64,000 bases of DNA from Clostridia bacterium (GCA_045538755.1 JAZQEC010000002.1:117740-181739), one strand, 5' to 3'. Shown: positions 36,234-46,652, numbered from the stretch's first letter. Notes: a model not told the origin generated them from the sequence alone. Translations and numbers: made by a program.

Positions 36234-37106
36234 ATGATAGATATTAAAGTAACAGACGTGCGTGAAACTCCCGGAGACAGTGCATTTTTAATTGATGACG
36301 GAAAAACTGCGATTATGTATGATTCGGGCTTTGCATTCACAGGCTATGCAGTTGCCGATAAAATAAAAAATATTCTTGGTGATAGAAGTCTCGATTATAT
36401 TTTTCTCACGCATTCGCATTATGACCATGCGCTGGGCTCTGTATATGCGCTTAAATACTGGCCAAAGGCAAAAGTTGTTGCAGGCGAATATGCAGCAAAG
36501 ATTTTTGAAAAAGCGTCGGCAAAAAGCTTGATGCGGGATTTGGACAAAAAGTTTGCTGCCAAATGCGGAGTAGACGAATACGAAGATTTGATTGATGATT
36601 TAAGAGTGGACATCGCCGCAAAAGAGGGTGACGTTATCTGTGCCGGAGATATGAAATTTACTGTAATAAATCTACCGGGACATACCCGTTGCTCAATAGG
36701 GTTTTATATGAAGGAAAATAAGCTTTTGTTAAGCTCAGAAACTATTGGCGTTTTTGATGGTGATAAAACTGTATTGCCGTCATATCTTGTGGGTTATCAG
36801 ATGGCACTTGATTCAATCTCAAAGGTGGAAAAGCTTGACATTGAGAATATACTTATTCCGCACTATGGAATTTTGGATAAGGAAAAAACATCGGAATATT
36901 TGAAGGCTGCAAGAAAGAGTGCTGAAGACGCAGCTATGGAAATTGTGGATGTTCTTAAATCAGGCGGAACAAAAGAGGAAGCTATCAAGCTTTTTAAGGA
37001 TAAGTATTTTAACGAAAATGTAAAAAAAATCTATCCTATTGACGCAATGAATTTAAACACTGAGATTATGGTTAATCTCATAGAAAGAGAACTCGTATGT
37101 GGGTAA
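36234..37106 (+). CDS. MBL-fold metallo-hydrolase
   Basis: LTHSHYDHALG (HxHxDH) motif. Confidence 0.75.
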   Translation: MIDIKVTDVRETPGDSAFLIDDGKTAIMYDSGFAFTGYAVADKIKNILGDRSLDYIFLTHSHYDHALGSVYALKYWPKAKVVAGEYAAKIFEKASAKSLMRDLDKKFAAKCGVDEYEDLIDDLRVDIAAKEGDVICAGDMKFTVINLPGHTRCSIGFYMKENKLLLSSETIGVFDGDKTVLPSYLVGYQMALDSISKVEKLDIENILIPHYGILDKEKTSEYLKAARKSAEDAAMEIVDVLKSGGTKEEAIKLFKDKYFNENVKKIYPIDAMNLNTEIMVNLIERELVCG

Positions 37107-37110
37107 AATG

Positions 37111-37146
37111 CAGGAAATCGGACAACTTTGCCTGATTTCCTTTTTA
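37111..37146 (+). terminator. Rho-independent terminator
   Basis: aggaaatc / gatttcct stem followed by T5. Confidence 0.5.
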
Positions 37147-37259
37147 TGTAATAAAAAGTCCCTAATTGAAAATAATACAAATAAAGACATTTGTTAGCAA
37201 ATTGTTGTTGAAAAATGTGCAGAATAATAGTATAATAAACGGGAACGGAGGCGATAACT

Positions 37260-38381
37260 TTGAAAAGTAGAGAAATGCAGCAAATCAAGGGACATGATAA
37301 TGTTTTGTTCATAGTAACATTGATTACTGCTATTATCGGGATAATTATTATATACAGCGCAACTCTGTCGATGAATACATATTCGAATGTAATTGTGCAG
37401 ACTGGCTCTTTTGTTATAGGAATTGCACTAATGCTGATTATAAGTAAAATTGATTATCAGTTTTTTGGGCATATATCTGTGCCAATATATGCGGTCTGCA
37501 TTTTGCTTTTAGGAGCTGTTTTGGTTATTGGCTCAACAGGTAACTGGGGTGCAAGAAGCTGGATAAGGTTTGGACCTATTGGAATTCAGCCTTCAGAAAT
37601 TTGTAAAATAGGATTTACCATTACATTTGCACGGCATTTATCGCTTGTTAAAGAACGGATAAATAAATTAGGCACTCTGCTATTTTTGTTTGCACATTTG
37701 GCTGTGATTCTTATACTGATTATGCTTCAGCCAGATGCAGGAAGTGCAATGGTTTTCTGCTTTATGTTCGCAACTATGGTATTTACGGCAGGGCTATCAT
37801 TTAAATATATCATTCCTGCAATTATCGGAATTGCAGCATCAACACCACTTGTATATCTCTTTCTTTTAAGTGATTACCAAAAGCACAGAATACAAGTATT
37901 TTTCAATCCTGAAATGGACAAGCTTGGGAGCGGGTACAATGTAATTCAATCAAAGATTGCAGTTGGCTCAGGTCAGCTTTTCGGAAAGGGATATTTAAAA
38001 GGTACGCAAAACCAGATGGGTTTTTTGCCGACAAAACACACTGACTTTATTTTCAGCGTGATTTCAGAGGAATTTGGATTTATAGGCGCGGTTTTGGTGA
38101 TACTTCTTTTGTTTTTAATTATTGCAAGATGCATTAAAGCGGCGCAGGACGCAAACGATTTGTTTGGAAAATATATCTGCGTCGGAATTGCTTCAATGCT
38201 AATATTCCACACCTTTGAAAATGCAGGAATGTGTATCGGACTTATGCCTGTTACAGGGATTCCGCTTCCGTTTATAAGCTACGGCGGAACCTCACTTATG
38301 ACTAATATGATTGCAATCGGGATTGTTCTTTCGGTAACAAGGCATTCTCGAGGAACAAAAATAGCATTTGGGGAACGATGA
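37260..38381 (+). CDS. FtsW/RodA/SpoVE-family peptidoglycan polymerase
   Basis: QPSEICKI, LQPDAGSA and PLPFISYGGTS SEDS-family motifs. The start may be the ATG at 37275. Confidence 0.85.
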   Translation: MKSREMQQIKGHDNVLFIVTLITAIIGIIIIYSATLSMNTYSNVIVQTGSFVIGIALMLIISKIDYQFFGHISVPIYAVCILLLGAVLVIGSTGNWGARSWIRFGPIGIQPSEICKIGFTITFARHLSLVKERINKLGTLLFLFAHLAVILILIMLQPDAGSAMVFCFMFATMVFTAGLSFKYIIPAIIGIAASTPLVYLFLLSDYQKHRIQVFFNPEMDKLGSGYNVIQSKIAVGSGQLFGKGYLKGTQNQMGFLPTKHTDFIFSVISEEFGFIGAVLVILLLFLIIARCIKAAQDANDLFGKYICVGIASMLIFHTFENAGMCIGLMPVTGIPLPFISYGGTSLMTNMIAIGIVLSVTRHSRGTKIAFGER

Positions 38382-38384
38382 TGA

Positions 38385-38419
38385 AAAAAGCAGAACGAGT
38401 AAACTCGCTCTGCTTTTTA
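38385..38419. terminator. Bidirectional hairpin terminator between convergent genes
   Basis: aaaaagcagaacgagt / actcgctctgcttttt. Confidence 0.6.
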
Positions 38420-38432
38420 GTTGTTTTGATTT

Positions 38433-39509
38433 TTATAACCAACCCTGCTCTTTCTGATACTGAACAATCAATTTTGCATTATAATCTTCAATCTCGTTAA
38501 GGGTCATATCTGCTGAAGGATTTGGTGTGTACCAAGCTTGTGACTCGAAATATTTCTTCAGTGTAGGATTTGTAAACACACGTCCTTTTCTCGCATAAAT
38601 TTCATTTCTCAAGAGGTCTAAGTCATATTTTGAAAGACCTGTTATATCAGCTGCTGTCAAACGCTGTGTATCGCTTGGGAATAGAATTTTATTTTGTGTT
38701 ATTGCTCTTGGAGTTGGAGTCGGCTTTGGCGTTGGTGTGGGTGTTGGTTTTGGGGTAGGTGTTGGAGTCGGAGTTGGTTTTGGAGTCGGCTCAACGGTCG
38801 GCTCAACGGTCGGCTCGATTGTTGGTTCAACGGTCGGTTCAACGGTTGGCTCAACGGTTGGCTCAACAGTTGGTTCGATTGTTGGCTCTGTTATGCCGCT
38901 TGTCATAATATCTTTTGTTTGATTATAAGTGGAAATTGCACTTACACCAAAGTAAATAACTGCACATACACATACGGCTACTATTGCTATGCCGATAGGT
39001 TTCTTGTGAGAAGGCGAGCTTTTTTCGGTGCTCTGATTTCTCTTTTCAATATGCTTTGCATTCTTTTCAGCAGCCTTTTTCTCTTTTTCAGCAATATCAG
39101 CTAATCTCTGTCTCTCTTTTTCGAGGATTTTTTCTTCTATGGCAGCCGCGGCCTTTTGCGCGTCTGCTTCCTTTTCGGCGAGCTTATCGGCTTTTTCCTG
39201 TTCCTTTTTTGCTAAAAGTTCTGTTTTAGCTGTTTCGCGTGCCAATCTATCAGCTTCTTTTTGCTCCTGTTTTTCGCTGGCTAACCGCTCTTTTTCAGCA
39301 AGTTTATCAGCTTTTGCCTGAGCCTTTGCTTTTTCTTCTGCAATTCTGTTGTACTCAAGACGCATTTTTTTCTCTTTTTCACGGATTTCCTTTGCAGAAA
39401 GATGACGCTTCTCTTCCTGTTCCATTACACGCAAAAGGACCGGTGCTCCGCATTTAGGACAGCGTTTATGTTCGGTTGTTACTTCTGCGCCACATTTTCT
39501 ACACTTCAT
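38433..39509 (-). CDS. Zinc-ribbon / coiled-coil / TM / Pro-Thr-repeat protein with C-terminal YARHG domain
   Basis: MKCRKCG-x11-CPKCG, K/E/A coiled coil, TM helix IGIAIVAVCVCAVIYFGV, (EPTV)n(PTPK)n repeats, NEIYARKGRVF YARHG signature. Confidence 0.75.
   Translation of the reverse strand: MKCRKCGAEVTTEHKRCPKCGAPVLLRVMEQEEKRHLSAKEIREKEKKMRLEYNRIAEEKAKAQAKADKLAEKERLASEKQEQKEADRLARETAKTELLAKKEQEKADKLAEKEADAQKAAAAIEEKILEKERQRLADIAEKEKKAAEKNAKHIEKRNQSTEKSSPSHKKPIGIAIVAVCVCAVIYFGVSAISTYNQTKDIMTSGITEPTIEPTVEPTVEPTVEPTVEPTIEPTVEPTVEPTPKPTPTPTPTPKPTPTPTPKPTPTPRAITQNKILFPSDTQRLTAADITGLSKYDLDLLRNEIYARKGRVFTNPTLKKYFESQAWYTPNPSADMTLNEIEDYNAKLIVQYQKEQGWL
38709..38890. repeat. Tandem 12-nt-unit coding repeat (EPTV/EPTI, then PTPTPK)
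   Basis: Repeated ggttggctcaac / ggtcggctcaac units visible in the sequence. Confidence 0.8.
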
Positions 39510-39778
39510 TTTTCACTGCTCCTTTGTAGTTCTTATGGTATTTTCTCAAATATATTATAGCAGATTTTTTTTTCGTGGACAGAGAATTTATGCATTTGTT
39601 AGGGAATTGTAACTAAAATACAATTTTGCCGTAATGTAGCAGACGTTTTTGCAGAAATAGCATAGAATAAAAAATGGATTTTATGAAATTTTGACAAAAT
39701 AGCATAAAAGAGGCATTTACATTTTAAAATGAATGTGATATAATTATAGTATCGCATATTAGCGAGGGGGTGACCTTT

Positions 39779-40264
39779 GTGTTTGAAATCGGGGACAAGA
39801 TTCTTTATCCTATGCATGGCGCAGGGATAATCGAAAGAATAGAAGAACAGACTGTGCTTGGAAAGAAACAGTCATATTTTATTGTGAAAATGCAACCCGA
39901 GGGAATGAAGGTTATGATTCCAACAGAAAATTGTGAGGAAATAGGTGTCAGATGCATTATTTCAAAAGATGAAGGCATGAAGGTTTTAGAACAGTTCAGA
40001 AAGGAACCTCTTGTCTGCGATGATAACTGGAATAGACGTCACCGTGAAAATATGGCAAAAATAAAGTCAGGCGATATTTTAAAGGTTATGTCTGTTGTAA
40101 AAAACCTAATGTTCCGTGAAAGAATTAAGGGACTTTCAACAAGCGAAAGAAAGATGCTCAGTGTGTCTCGACAAATTCTTGTAAGCGAGCTTGTTTTATG
40201 CGGTGTTGCCGACAAGTGTGATGTAGAAAGCATTATGGCGGACACTATTGAAGAAATGATATAA
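39779..40264 (+). CDS. CarD/CdnL-family transcription factor
   Basis: FEIGDKILYPMHGAGIIERIEEQTVLGKKQSYFIVKM RNAP-interacting domain signature; GAGGGGG RBS before the GTG at 39779. Confidence 0.8.
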   Translation: MFEIGDKILYPMHGAGIIERIEEQTVLGKKQSYFIVKMQPEGMKVMIPTENCEEIGVRCIISKDEGMKVLEQFRKEPLVCDDNWNRRHRENMAKIKSGDILKVMSVVKNLMFRERIKGLSTSERKMLSVSRQILVSELVLCGVADKCDVESIMADTIEEMI

Positions 40265-40325
40265 AGGATTGCTTGTGTACGGCTTTAAAGCCTTTGTCGG
40301 GCAGTCCTTTTTTAAGGAGAATGGT

Positions 40326-40988
40326 ATGAAAATTACGGCTGTTATTGTTGCCGCAGGTCGTGGCACTAGGATGGGTGCAGATAAAAATAAAGTTTTTTTG
40401 GAGCTGTCAGGAAAAACTATCCTTGAAAATACCGTAGAGGTTTTTGAAAACTGCAGCGCAATAAATGAAATAGTGGTGGTAACTAACGATATTGAGGAGT
40501 GTAAACAGCTTTTAAGCGGCTTTTTGAAGGTAAAAAATATCGTAGAAGGCGGAAGCACACGTCAGGAGTCAGTAAAAAACGGACTTTTAAGTGCAGATTG
40601 TGACATAGTTGTCATACATGACGGTGCAAGAGCATTAATAAGAGAACAGGAAATTTTGGCGGCAATATCGCAGACTAAAAAATACGGTGCGGCGGCAGTT
40701 GGCGTTAAATGTAAGGACACCCTGAAAAAAGCCGATAAAAACGGATTTATTACAGGCACAGTGGACCGAGAATTTATCTATAATATTCAAACACCGCAGG
40801 TTTTTAAATTTAAAGAAATTAAAAGAATGCATAATTTGGCAGACAATAATTCCTTTACTGATGACTGCGCTTTGGCAGAAAGTTTTGGCGTTAGGATTAA
40901 GATTGTGGACGGAAGCTATGACAACATAAAGATTACCACGCCTGAGGATTTGCAGGTTGCTGAAAAGATACTCGAAAAAAGGAGATAG
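40326..40988 (+). CDS. ispD: 2-C-methyl-D-erythritol 4-phosphate cytidylyltransferase
   Basis: AVIVAAGRGTRMG motif; AAGGAG RBS; followed by ispF. Confidence 0.85.
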   Translation: MKITAVIVAAGRGTRMGADKNKVFLELSGKTILENTVEVFENCSAINEIVVVTNDIEECKQLLSGFLKVKNIVEGGSTRQESVKNGLLSADCDIVVIHDGARALIREQEILAAISQTKKYGAAAVGVKCKDTLKKADKNGFITGTVDREFIYNIQTPQVFKFKEIKRMHNLADNNSFTDDCALAESFGVRIKIVDGSYDNIKITTPEDLQVAEKILEKRR

Positions 40989-40991
40989 ATT

Positions 40992-41459
40992 ATGAGAATA
41001 GGACAGGGTTTTGATGTACACGCATTTGAAAAGGGACGAGAGCTATTTTTATGCGGAGAAAAGGTTGAGTATGAGCTTGGTCTTTTGGGACATTCTGATG
41101 CAGATGTGGCACTTCATGCGCTTTGTGATGCACTTTTGGGTGCAGCGGCTTTAGGTGACATAGGAAGGCATTTTCCTGATACCGACCCTAAATACAAAGG
41201 CATTTCAAGCATTATTCTTCTAAAGCACGTTTGCGAACTGGTAAGAGAAAAAGGTTTTGAATTTGAAAATGTCGATATTACTATCGTTGCTCAAAAGCCT
41301 AAACTGATGAACTATATTCCAAAAATGTGCAAAAATGTGGCAAAAGCAATGGAAATAGATGAGGACAGAGTGAATGTAAAGGCAACAACGACAGAGCATC
41401 TTGGTTTTGAAGGAAGAGGCGAAGGCATTTCATCAACAGCTGTTGTACTTTTAAAATAA
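40992..41459 (+). CDS. ispF: 2-C-methyl-D-erythritol 2,4-cyclodiphosphate synthase
   Basis: [12 protein letters not shown] and GHSDADV motifs. Confidence 0.9.
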   Translation: MRIGQGFDVHAFEKGRELFLCGEKVEYELGLLGHSDADVALHALCDALLGAAALGDIGRHFPDTDPKYKGISSIILLKHVCELVREKGFEFENVDITIVAQKPKLMNYIPKMCKNVAKAMEIDEDRVNVKATTTEHLGFEGRGEGISSTAVVLLK

Positions 41460-41469
41460 GCAATTCTCA

Positions 41470-41497
41470 AAAGAAGGCAGTAGCCTTCTTTTTTTTA
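41470..41497 (+). terminator. Rho-independent terminator after ispF
   Basis: aagaaggc / gccttctt stem followed by T8. Confidence 0.6.
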
Positions 41498-41549
41498 TGT
41501 TCTATTTTTATGTAAACGTAAATATGATAAAGGGAAAGAGGTGGACAAA

Positions 41550-42419
41550 ATGTTAACTTTGGCAAAAGAAGAATTTATATCAGGACAGGAAGTCCTTTCG
41601 GCAATTCCAGAAAGAATAAGAGCAAACCTTTTGAAAATGCCATTGGACAAGGTTATGGAAGTGCGTTTAAGATGTGGTGTGCCTCTGTCTTTGGTATGCA
41701 CAGACGGGATATTTTATGTAACGCATCGTGGTGCTGTTACGGTAAACTATAAGGAAGGTATTTGTGTAAATACAGGGGATATACGCAGAGGAATGGAGCT
41801 TATAACACGATCATCAGTTTATGCATTTGAAAATGAAATCCGAAACGGATATATAACTTTGCCGGGAGGGCATAGAGTTGGTATCAGCGGAGACGCCGTT
41901 TTTGAGGACGGCAAAATTTCGCATATAAAGACAGTTCAATCGTTAAATTACCGCTTTGCGCGTGAAATTATAGGTGCGGCAAATTCTGTGATGGAAAGAA
42001 TTTTTGACGGAAAATCTGTTAAAAATACTTTGATAGTTTCGCCGCCGATGTGCGGAAAAACGACGATGCTCCGTGATATTGCAAGACAGCTCTCGGAAAA
42101 CGGTAAAAAGGTATCAATTGTGGACGAGCGCAGCGAAATTGCAGCAATTTCATTTGGAATATCGCCATATCGCCTTGGCGCAAACTGCGATGTACTCTCT
42201 GGAGTAAATAAGGCAGAGGGTATGCTGGTTATGCTTCGATCTATGTCGCCTGATGTCATTATCACTGACGAAATCGGTGATGAAAAAGATTTTGCCGCAA
42301 TTCGTGAAATTAAAAAGCGTGGCGTAAAAGTAATAACAAGCCTGCACGGTGATGATGCTGAAGTTGATGGCTTTGAAAATATTATCAGGCTTGGAGGCAT
42401 AGGAAAATGCTTAAACTGA
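41550..42419 (+). CDS. spoIIIAA: Stage III sporulation protein AA (ATPase)
   Basis: Walker A SPPMCGKTT and Walker B VIITDEIG; heads an eight-gene spoIIIA-like array. Confidence 0.85.
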   Translation: MLTLAKEEFISGQEVLSAIPERIRANLLKMPLDKVMEVRLRCGVPLSLVCTDGIFYVTHRGAVTVNYKEGICVNTGDIRRGMELITRSSVYAFENEIRNGYITLPGGHRVGISGDAVFEDGKISHIKTVQSLNYRFAREIIGAANSVMERIFDGKSVKNTLIVSPPMCGKTTMLRDIARQLSENGKKVSIVDERSEIAAISFGISPYRLGANCDVLSGVNKAEGMLVMLRSMSPDVIITDEIGDEKDFAAIREIKKRGVKVITSLHGDDAEVDGFENIIRLGGIGKCLN

Positions 42420-42898
42420 CAGGTGCTGTAATTATACTGATTGCAACTACTATATGGGGGTTTTTGGAATCAGATAAATTAAAAAAAAGATATGCAGGAA
42501 TTAAAAAAATAATTTCAGGGCTTGTACTTTTGGAAAACGAAGTCTCTTATGGTAAAAGGGACATAAAAACTGCGCTTATGTCAATCGGCGAAATTCAGGA
42601 TATTGAATTGTTTAAAAATGCCGCCATATATACTGAAAGTTCTGGTATTAAAAAAGGATTTTGCAGAGCACTTGAAAAAGAAAAATGCATATTGGGGACA
42701 GATAAAGAAACGCTGCGAATTCTTGCGGAAAACTTGGGAATGACAGATTCGAATGCGCAAATAAACAGTATAAGACATACAAAATGCCTGCTTGAATCGG
42801 CGGAAGAGTCGGCTGCTTGCGAATATGAAAAATCAGGCAAGCTATATAAAAGTGCAGGATTATTGGGTGGGTTTGCGGCAGTAATTCTTTTGCTTTAG
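42407..42898 (+). CDS. spoIIIAB: Stage III sporulation protein AB
   Basis: 163 aa with an N-terminal TM helix; position after spoIIIAA with overlapping start. Confidence 0.7.
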   Translation: MLKLTGAVIILIATTIWGFLESDKLKKRYAGIKKIISGLVLLENEVSYGKRDIKTALMSIGEIQDIELFKNAAIYTESSGIKKGFCRALEKEKCILGTDKETLRILAENLGMTDSNAQINSIRHTKCLLESAEESAACEYEKSGKLYKSAGLLGGFAAVILLL

Positions 42899-42910
42899 CG
42901 GAGGTAAAAA

Positions 42911-43105
42911 ATGAATGTTGATTTGATATTTCGTATAGCCGGAGTGGGAATTGTTGTAGCAGTTTTAAATCAACTGCTCATACGTTCGGGTAGAGAAGAA
43001 CAGGCACTTTTAACAACAATAGCAGGACTGGTAGCGGTTCTTTATGTACTTACAAAAGAAATTGGGAACTTGTTTGATACAATCAAGCAAATATTTGGCT
43101 TATAG
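42911..43105 (+). CDS. spoIIIAC: Stage III sporulation protein AC
   Basis: 64-aa two-TM protein, IFRIAGVGIVVAVLNQLL...; conserved order. Confidence 0.8.
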   Translation: MNVDLIFRIAGVGIVVAVLNQLLIRSGREEQALLTTIAGLVAVLYVLTKEIGNLFDTIKQIFGL

Positions 43106-43107
43106 AT

Positions 43108-43500
43108 ATGGAACTCACAAAAATTATTGGCATTGGGATAATCGGTGCATTTCTATCAGTAACGGTCAGAACATATCGCCCTGAACTTGGAATAGGTATT
43201 GCTGCTGCGACAGGTCTTGTGATTTTTTCTATGATTGTCCCTGAAGTTAGCAGCGTAATTTCCGATTTGCTTTCTTTGTGTGAAAACACAGGAGTAAATG
43301 TGGAATATTTTAAGGCAATCATAAAAATAATTGGTATTGCTTATATAACACAGTATGCAGGCGAGCTGACAAAAGATGCAGGCGAAAGAGCTATTGCGAA
43401 AAAGCTTGAATTTGCAGGAAAGGTAAGTGTTCTGGTTTTAATGATGCCGATTGTGAAAAATTTGCTCAATACTATAATAAGTACACTTATGAGCTTTTAA
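43108..43500 (+). CDS. spoIIIAD: Stage III sporulation protein AD
   Basis: 130-aa multi-TM protein; conserved order. Confidence 0.8.
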   Translation: MELTKIIGIGIIGAFLSVTVRTYRPELGIGIAAATGLVIFSMIVPEVSSVISDLLSLCENTGVNVEYFKAIIKIIGIAYITQYAGELTKDAGERAIAKKLEFAGKVSVLVLMMPIVKNLLNTIISTLMSF

Positions 43501-43512
43501 AAGGGACACAAA

Positions 43513-44574
43513 ATGAAAAGACTGTTTATTTTTCTGATTTTATTTATATTTTGTATGCCGGTGCACGCAGAAGAAATCACAATTTCGGGCGAAAATTTTT
43601 ATAATGAAACGGCGCAGAACATAGTAAGCGGAGAGCTTGATCTAAATCCGATAACAATTATTAATAATTTCCTTAAAAGTGTTTTTGATGAAATCACAAG
43701 GACAAAAACGCTGCTCAAATCAATCCTTTTAATTGCGGCTGCGGCAGGCCTTTTAAGAATTTTATCCGACTCTTTTGGAGAAGGTGAAGCAAGTAGTGCT
43801 GCGACCTTTGCCTGTCTTGTACTTATGACGGGTTCTGCTGTCAAAATATTTGCAGAGGTTATAGGATATGGAGTTGAAGTAATTCATACGATGTGCGATT
43901 TTATAACAAAATTCGAGCCTGTATTCATAGGTCTTTTGGCAACTGCAGGAGCTGTAACGCAGGCTGCAGCTTTTCAGCCGGTACTTATGGCAAGTGTTTA
44001 CATATTAAGTCTTATTGTTGATAAATGTATTCTGCCGATGACTTATTTTTCGGCAGTTTTAGGGATTGTAAATAATATTGGAAACAGATTAGAAGTGGGG
44101 ACACTAAATAAACTTTTGCAGTCAACAGCAAAGTGGTTTTTGACAGGTGTACTTACGCTTTTTTCGACAATTTCAGCACTTTACGGCTTTGGAACTTCAG
44201 CAATGAACACGGTGACTTTAAAGAGTATTAAGTTCGCTGTGGGAAGCTTTGTTCCGGTTGTGGGCGGGATTTTGTCGGACACTATCGACACGGTTTTATC
44301 GGGTACCAATCTTTTAAAAAATGCGGTAGGAACGGCAGGAATGATAACTTTAATTACAATGGCATCAGTGCCTATAATAAAAATATGGATAATGATGATG
44401 CTTTTAAAAATTACAGCGGCTGTTATTGAGCCGTTTTCTGATAAACGAATTACAGGAATTCTTTTGTCTGTCGCAGAGTCGGTAAGTATTGTGTTTTCAA
44501 TGGTCATTACTTCAGTTATGCTTTTTGTTATTTCGATAGGTATTATTTTGGTTTCAACAGGAGTGAAATTATGA
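43513..44574 (+). CDS. spoIIIAE: Stage III sporulation protein AE
   Basis: 353 aa with a signal sequence plus a polytopic membrane domain; conserved order. Confidence 0.8.
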   Translation: MKRLFIFLILFIFCMPVHAEEITISGENFYNETAQNIVSGELDLNPITIINNFLKSVFDEITRTKTLLKSILLIAAAAGLLRILSDSFGEGEASSAATFACLVLMTGSAVKIFAEVIGYGVEVIHTMCDFITKFEPVFIGLLATAGAVTQAAAFQPVLMASVYILSLIVDKCILPMTYFSAVLGIVNNIGNRLEVGTLNKLLQSTAKWFLTGVLTLFSTISALYGFGTSAMNTVTLKSIKFAVGSFVPVVGGILSDTIDTVLSGTNLLKNAVGTAGMITLITMASVPIIKIWIMMMLLKITAAVIEPFSDKRITGILLSVAESVSIVFSMVITSVMLFVISIGIILVSTGVKL

Positions 44575-45008
44575 AAGGGTATATAATTACGGTTGCTGTG
44601 GTTGCAGTCTCGGCAGCTTTAACAGATATAATCGCACCTAAGGAATGGAGTAAATATATCAAGGTAATCATAGGATTTTTGGTTTTGTCAGTTATTGTTG
44701 CGCCTATTGCAAAGTTTAAAAAAATCAACATTCCATCTTCTTTGGATACATATAATGTGAGTGATGAGCCGCTAAAGGATAAGGTTTCTAAAACACTTGG
44801 AAATAATATTGAAAAGGATATTGAGGAGCGAATTTTGGATGAATTCGGCATAGAAGTAGAGGCAAAAGTGAAAATAGAAACAGATGAAAAGCATAACATA
44901 AAGGGTGTTAATGCAATCGAAATAAAAACTCGCAAAAATCCCACGGGAATGATTGACAGGTTAAGGAATATTTATGGGTGTGAACAAATTGAAATTAGAC
45001 TTAAATGA
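44571..45008 (+). CDS. spoIIIAF: Stage III sporulation protein AF
   Basis: 145 aa with two N-terminal TM helices; conserved order. Confidence 0.65.
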   Translation: MKGYIITVAVVAVSAALTDIIAPKEWSKYIKVIIGFLVLSVIVAPIAKFKKINIPSSLDTYNVSDEPLKDKVSKTLGNNIEKDIEERILDEFGIEVEAKVKIETDEKHNIKGVNAIEIKTRKNPTGMIDRLRNIYGCEQIEIRLK

Positions 45009-45489
45009 AATTTTTAAAAAATATGCGAATAATAAGAGCCTGTATATAATAATTATAATTGGGATTATTTTTATGCTGATGCCGCAGGGCGGACAAAGGC
45101 AGAAAGATGATGAAAAAACGCAAAACTATAACAGCTATTCCGATGAAGTGCGGCTTCAGGAAATTCTGTCAAAAATAGACGGCGTGGGCGAGGTTTCAGT
45201 TATGATAACCTATTACGGCACTACCAGCTATGATGTGGCATTTGAAAAACGTGCAAGCGGCTCGATTTCGGACGAAGAAACTACTAAAAGTGAAGAAAAT
45301 TCAGTTATAACTGCAAACGGACAGCCGCTTGTAAAAGGCGAGGTGTATCCAAAAGCGAAAGGCGTGGTTATAATTGCGGAAGGAGCCAGAAATGCGTCGG
45401 TTAAAAAGGCAATAACTGATGCTGCGACGGCTGCACTTGAGGTAAGCAGTCATAGGGTTTGTGTTTTAGAAGGAAAGGAAAGGAAATAA
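44974..45489 (+). CDS. spoIIIAG: Stage III sporulation protein AG
   Basis: TM helix, then GVGEVSVMITY...GVVIIAEGA ring-building-motif-like region. Confidence 0.7.
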   Translation: MGVNKLKLDLNEIFKKYANNKSLYIIIIIGIIFMLMPQGGQRQKDDEKTQNYNSYSDEVRLQEILSKIDGVGEVSVMITYYGTTSYDVAFEKRASGSISDEETTKSEENSVITANGQPLVKGEVYPKAKGVVIIAEGARNASVKKAITDAATAALEVSSHRVCVLEGKERK

Positions 45490-45493
45490 GTTT

Positions 45494-46072
45494 ATGATGG
45501 TATTGAAAAAAAAGGAAGTTGTTGCGGGGGCATTAGTGGTTTTGATAGGGGTAGCAGGCTATTTGAACTGGTCATATCAGGATACTGTGCGTGTGACAGA
45601 TGGTGAAAGTTATTTGGAAGAAGTGAAAAAGCTTGGCGAGGCGGAATTTGTAAATTCGGAAAAGGACGATGTTGATGACACAGAAGCGCCTGAAGAAAAG
45701 GCTGAAGAAACAGTTGCACCAACAGCGGAGTATTTTACCGAAGCAAAGCTCTCAAAAGACAACTCACGTTCAAAAGCCCTTGAAATTTTAAATCAGACAG
45801 CGGTTAACGAAAGCTTTGACAGCGAGGTAAGAAAACAAGCGCAGAATAAAATTATTTCAATCGCAGATTCCACTGAAAAGGAAGCAATAATTGAAAATGT
45901 TGCAAAGGCAAAAGGATATAAAGATATTTCCGTGTATATTGATGGCGAAAGTGTGGAAATAATAGTTAAAAAGAGCAACTTTTCAAGTGAAGACGTAAAG
46001 ACAATTAAAGAGATTGTTACCTCTGAACTTGATACCTCCGCTAAGAATATTAAAATTATTGAAGCAAAATAG
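45494..46072 (+). CDS. spoIIIAH: Stage III sporulation protein AH
   Basis: N-terminal TM helix, acidic linker, C-terminal YscJ/FliF-like region; last gene of the array. Confidence 0.6.
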   Translation: MMVLKKKEVVAGALVVLIGVAGYLNWSYQDTVRVTDGESYLEEVKKLGEAEFVNSEKDDVDDTEAPEEKAEETVAPTAEYFTEAKLSKDNSRSKALEILNQTAVNESFDSEVRKQAQNKIISIADSTEKEAIIENVAKAKGYKDISVYIDGESVEIIVKKSNFSSEDVKTIKEIVTSELDTSAKNIKIIEAK

Positions 46073-46165
46073 TTGAATTTTTGTTCGGTATTTGATATAA
46101 TTAGCTAAAGAAGAAAGAAAACTCTTTGTTTTCGGGTTTGCTTTTATGGAAAGGAATGAAGAAAC

Positions 46166-46651
46166 ATGGATGAAAATAAGAATATAATTGAAGAAATTAC
46201 TTTAGAAGAAGATACAGGAAAAGTTAATATTTCGGATGAAGTTGTTGCTACTATTGCGGGAATTGCAGCTACCGAGATTAAAGGTGTAGCAGGAATGTCC
46301 GGAAATGCTCTGGATGTGATTTCTCAAAAGCTTGGTGCTAAAAAAAGCTCTCAAAGAGGTGTTAAAGTTTCCGTTACTCCTGACGGTGCAGTGATTGACC
46401 TTTATATTGTTGTGGATTTTGGCGTAAGAATTCCTGAACTTGCGTGGGAGGTTCAGGAAAATGTTAAAAACAGCGTTGAGTCTATGACTGGGATTGATGT
46501 TATAAAAGTAAATGTCCGCATAGAAGGAGTAAGCTTCGAAAAGGAAAAAGAGAAAAAACCGAAGCAGAAGGAAGAATCAATAGAAGAAATTCCCGAAAAC
46601 AGTGATGAAATTGTAAGCGAGGTCATTCTTGTAGAAGATGATGAAGAATAA
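46166..46651 (+). CDS. Asp23/Gls24-family envelope stress protein
   Basis: ISDEVVATIAGIAATEIKGVAGM and YIVVDFGVRIPE signatures. Confidence 0.8.
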   Translation: MDENKNIIEEITLEEDTGKVNISDEVVATIAGIAATEIKGVAGMSGNALDVISQKLGAKKSSQRGVKVSVTPDGAVIDLYIVVDFGVRIPELAWEVQENVKNSVESMTGIDVIKVNVRIEGVSFEKEKEKKPKQKEESIEEIPENSDEIVSEVILVEDDEE

Positions 46652-46652
46652 T

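Noticed and set aside
38694-39457. Plus-strand ORFs (136, 61, 60 and 72 aa) over the YARHG gene
   Set aside because: They are artefacts of the Pro-Thr and Lys/Glu/Ala coding repeats read on the opposite strand (GVG/GST and SAS repeats).
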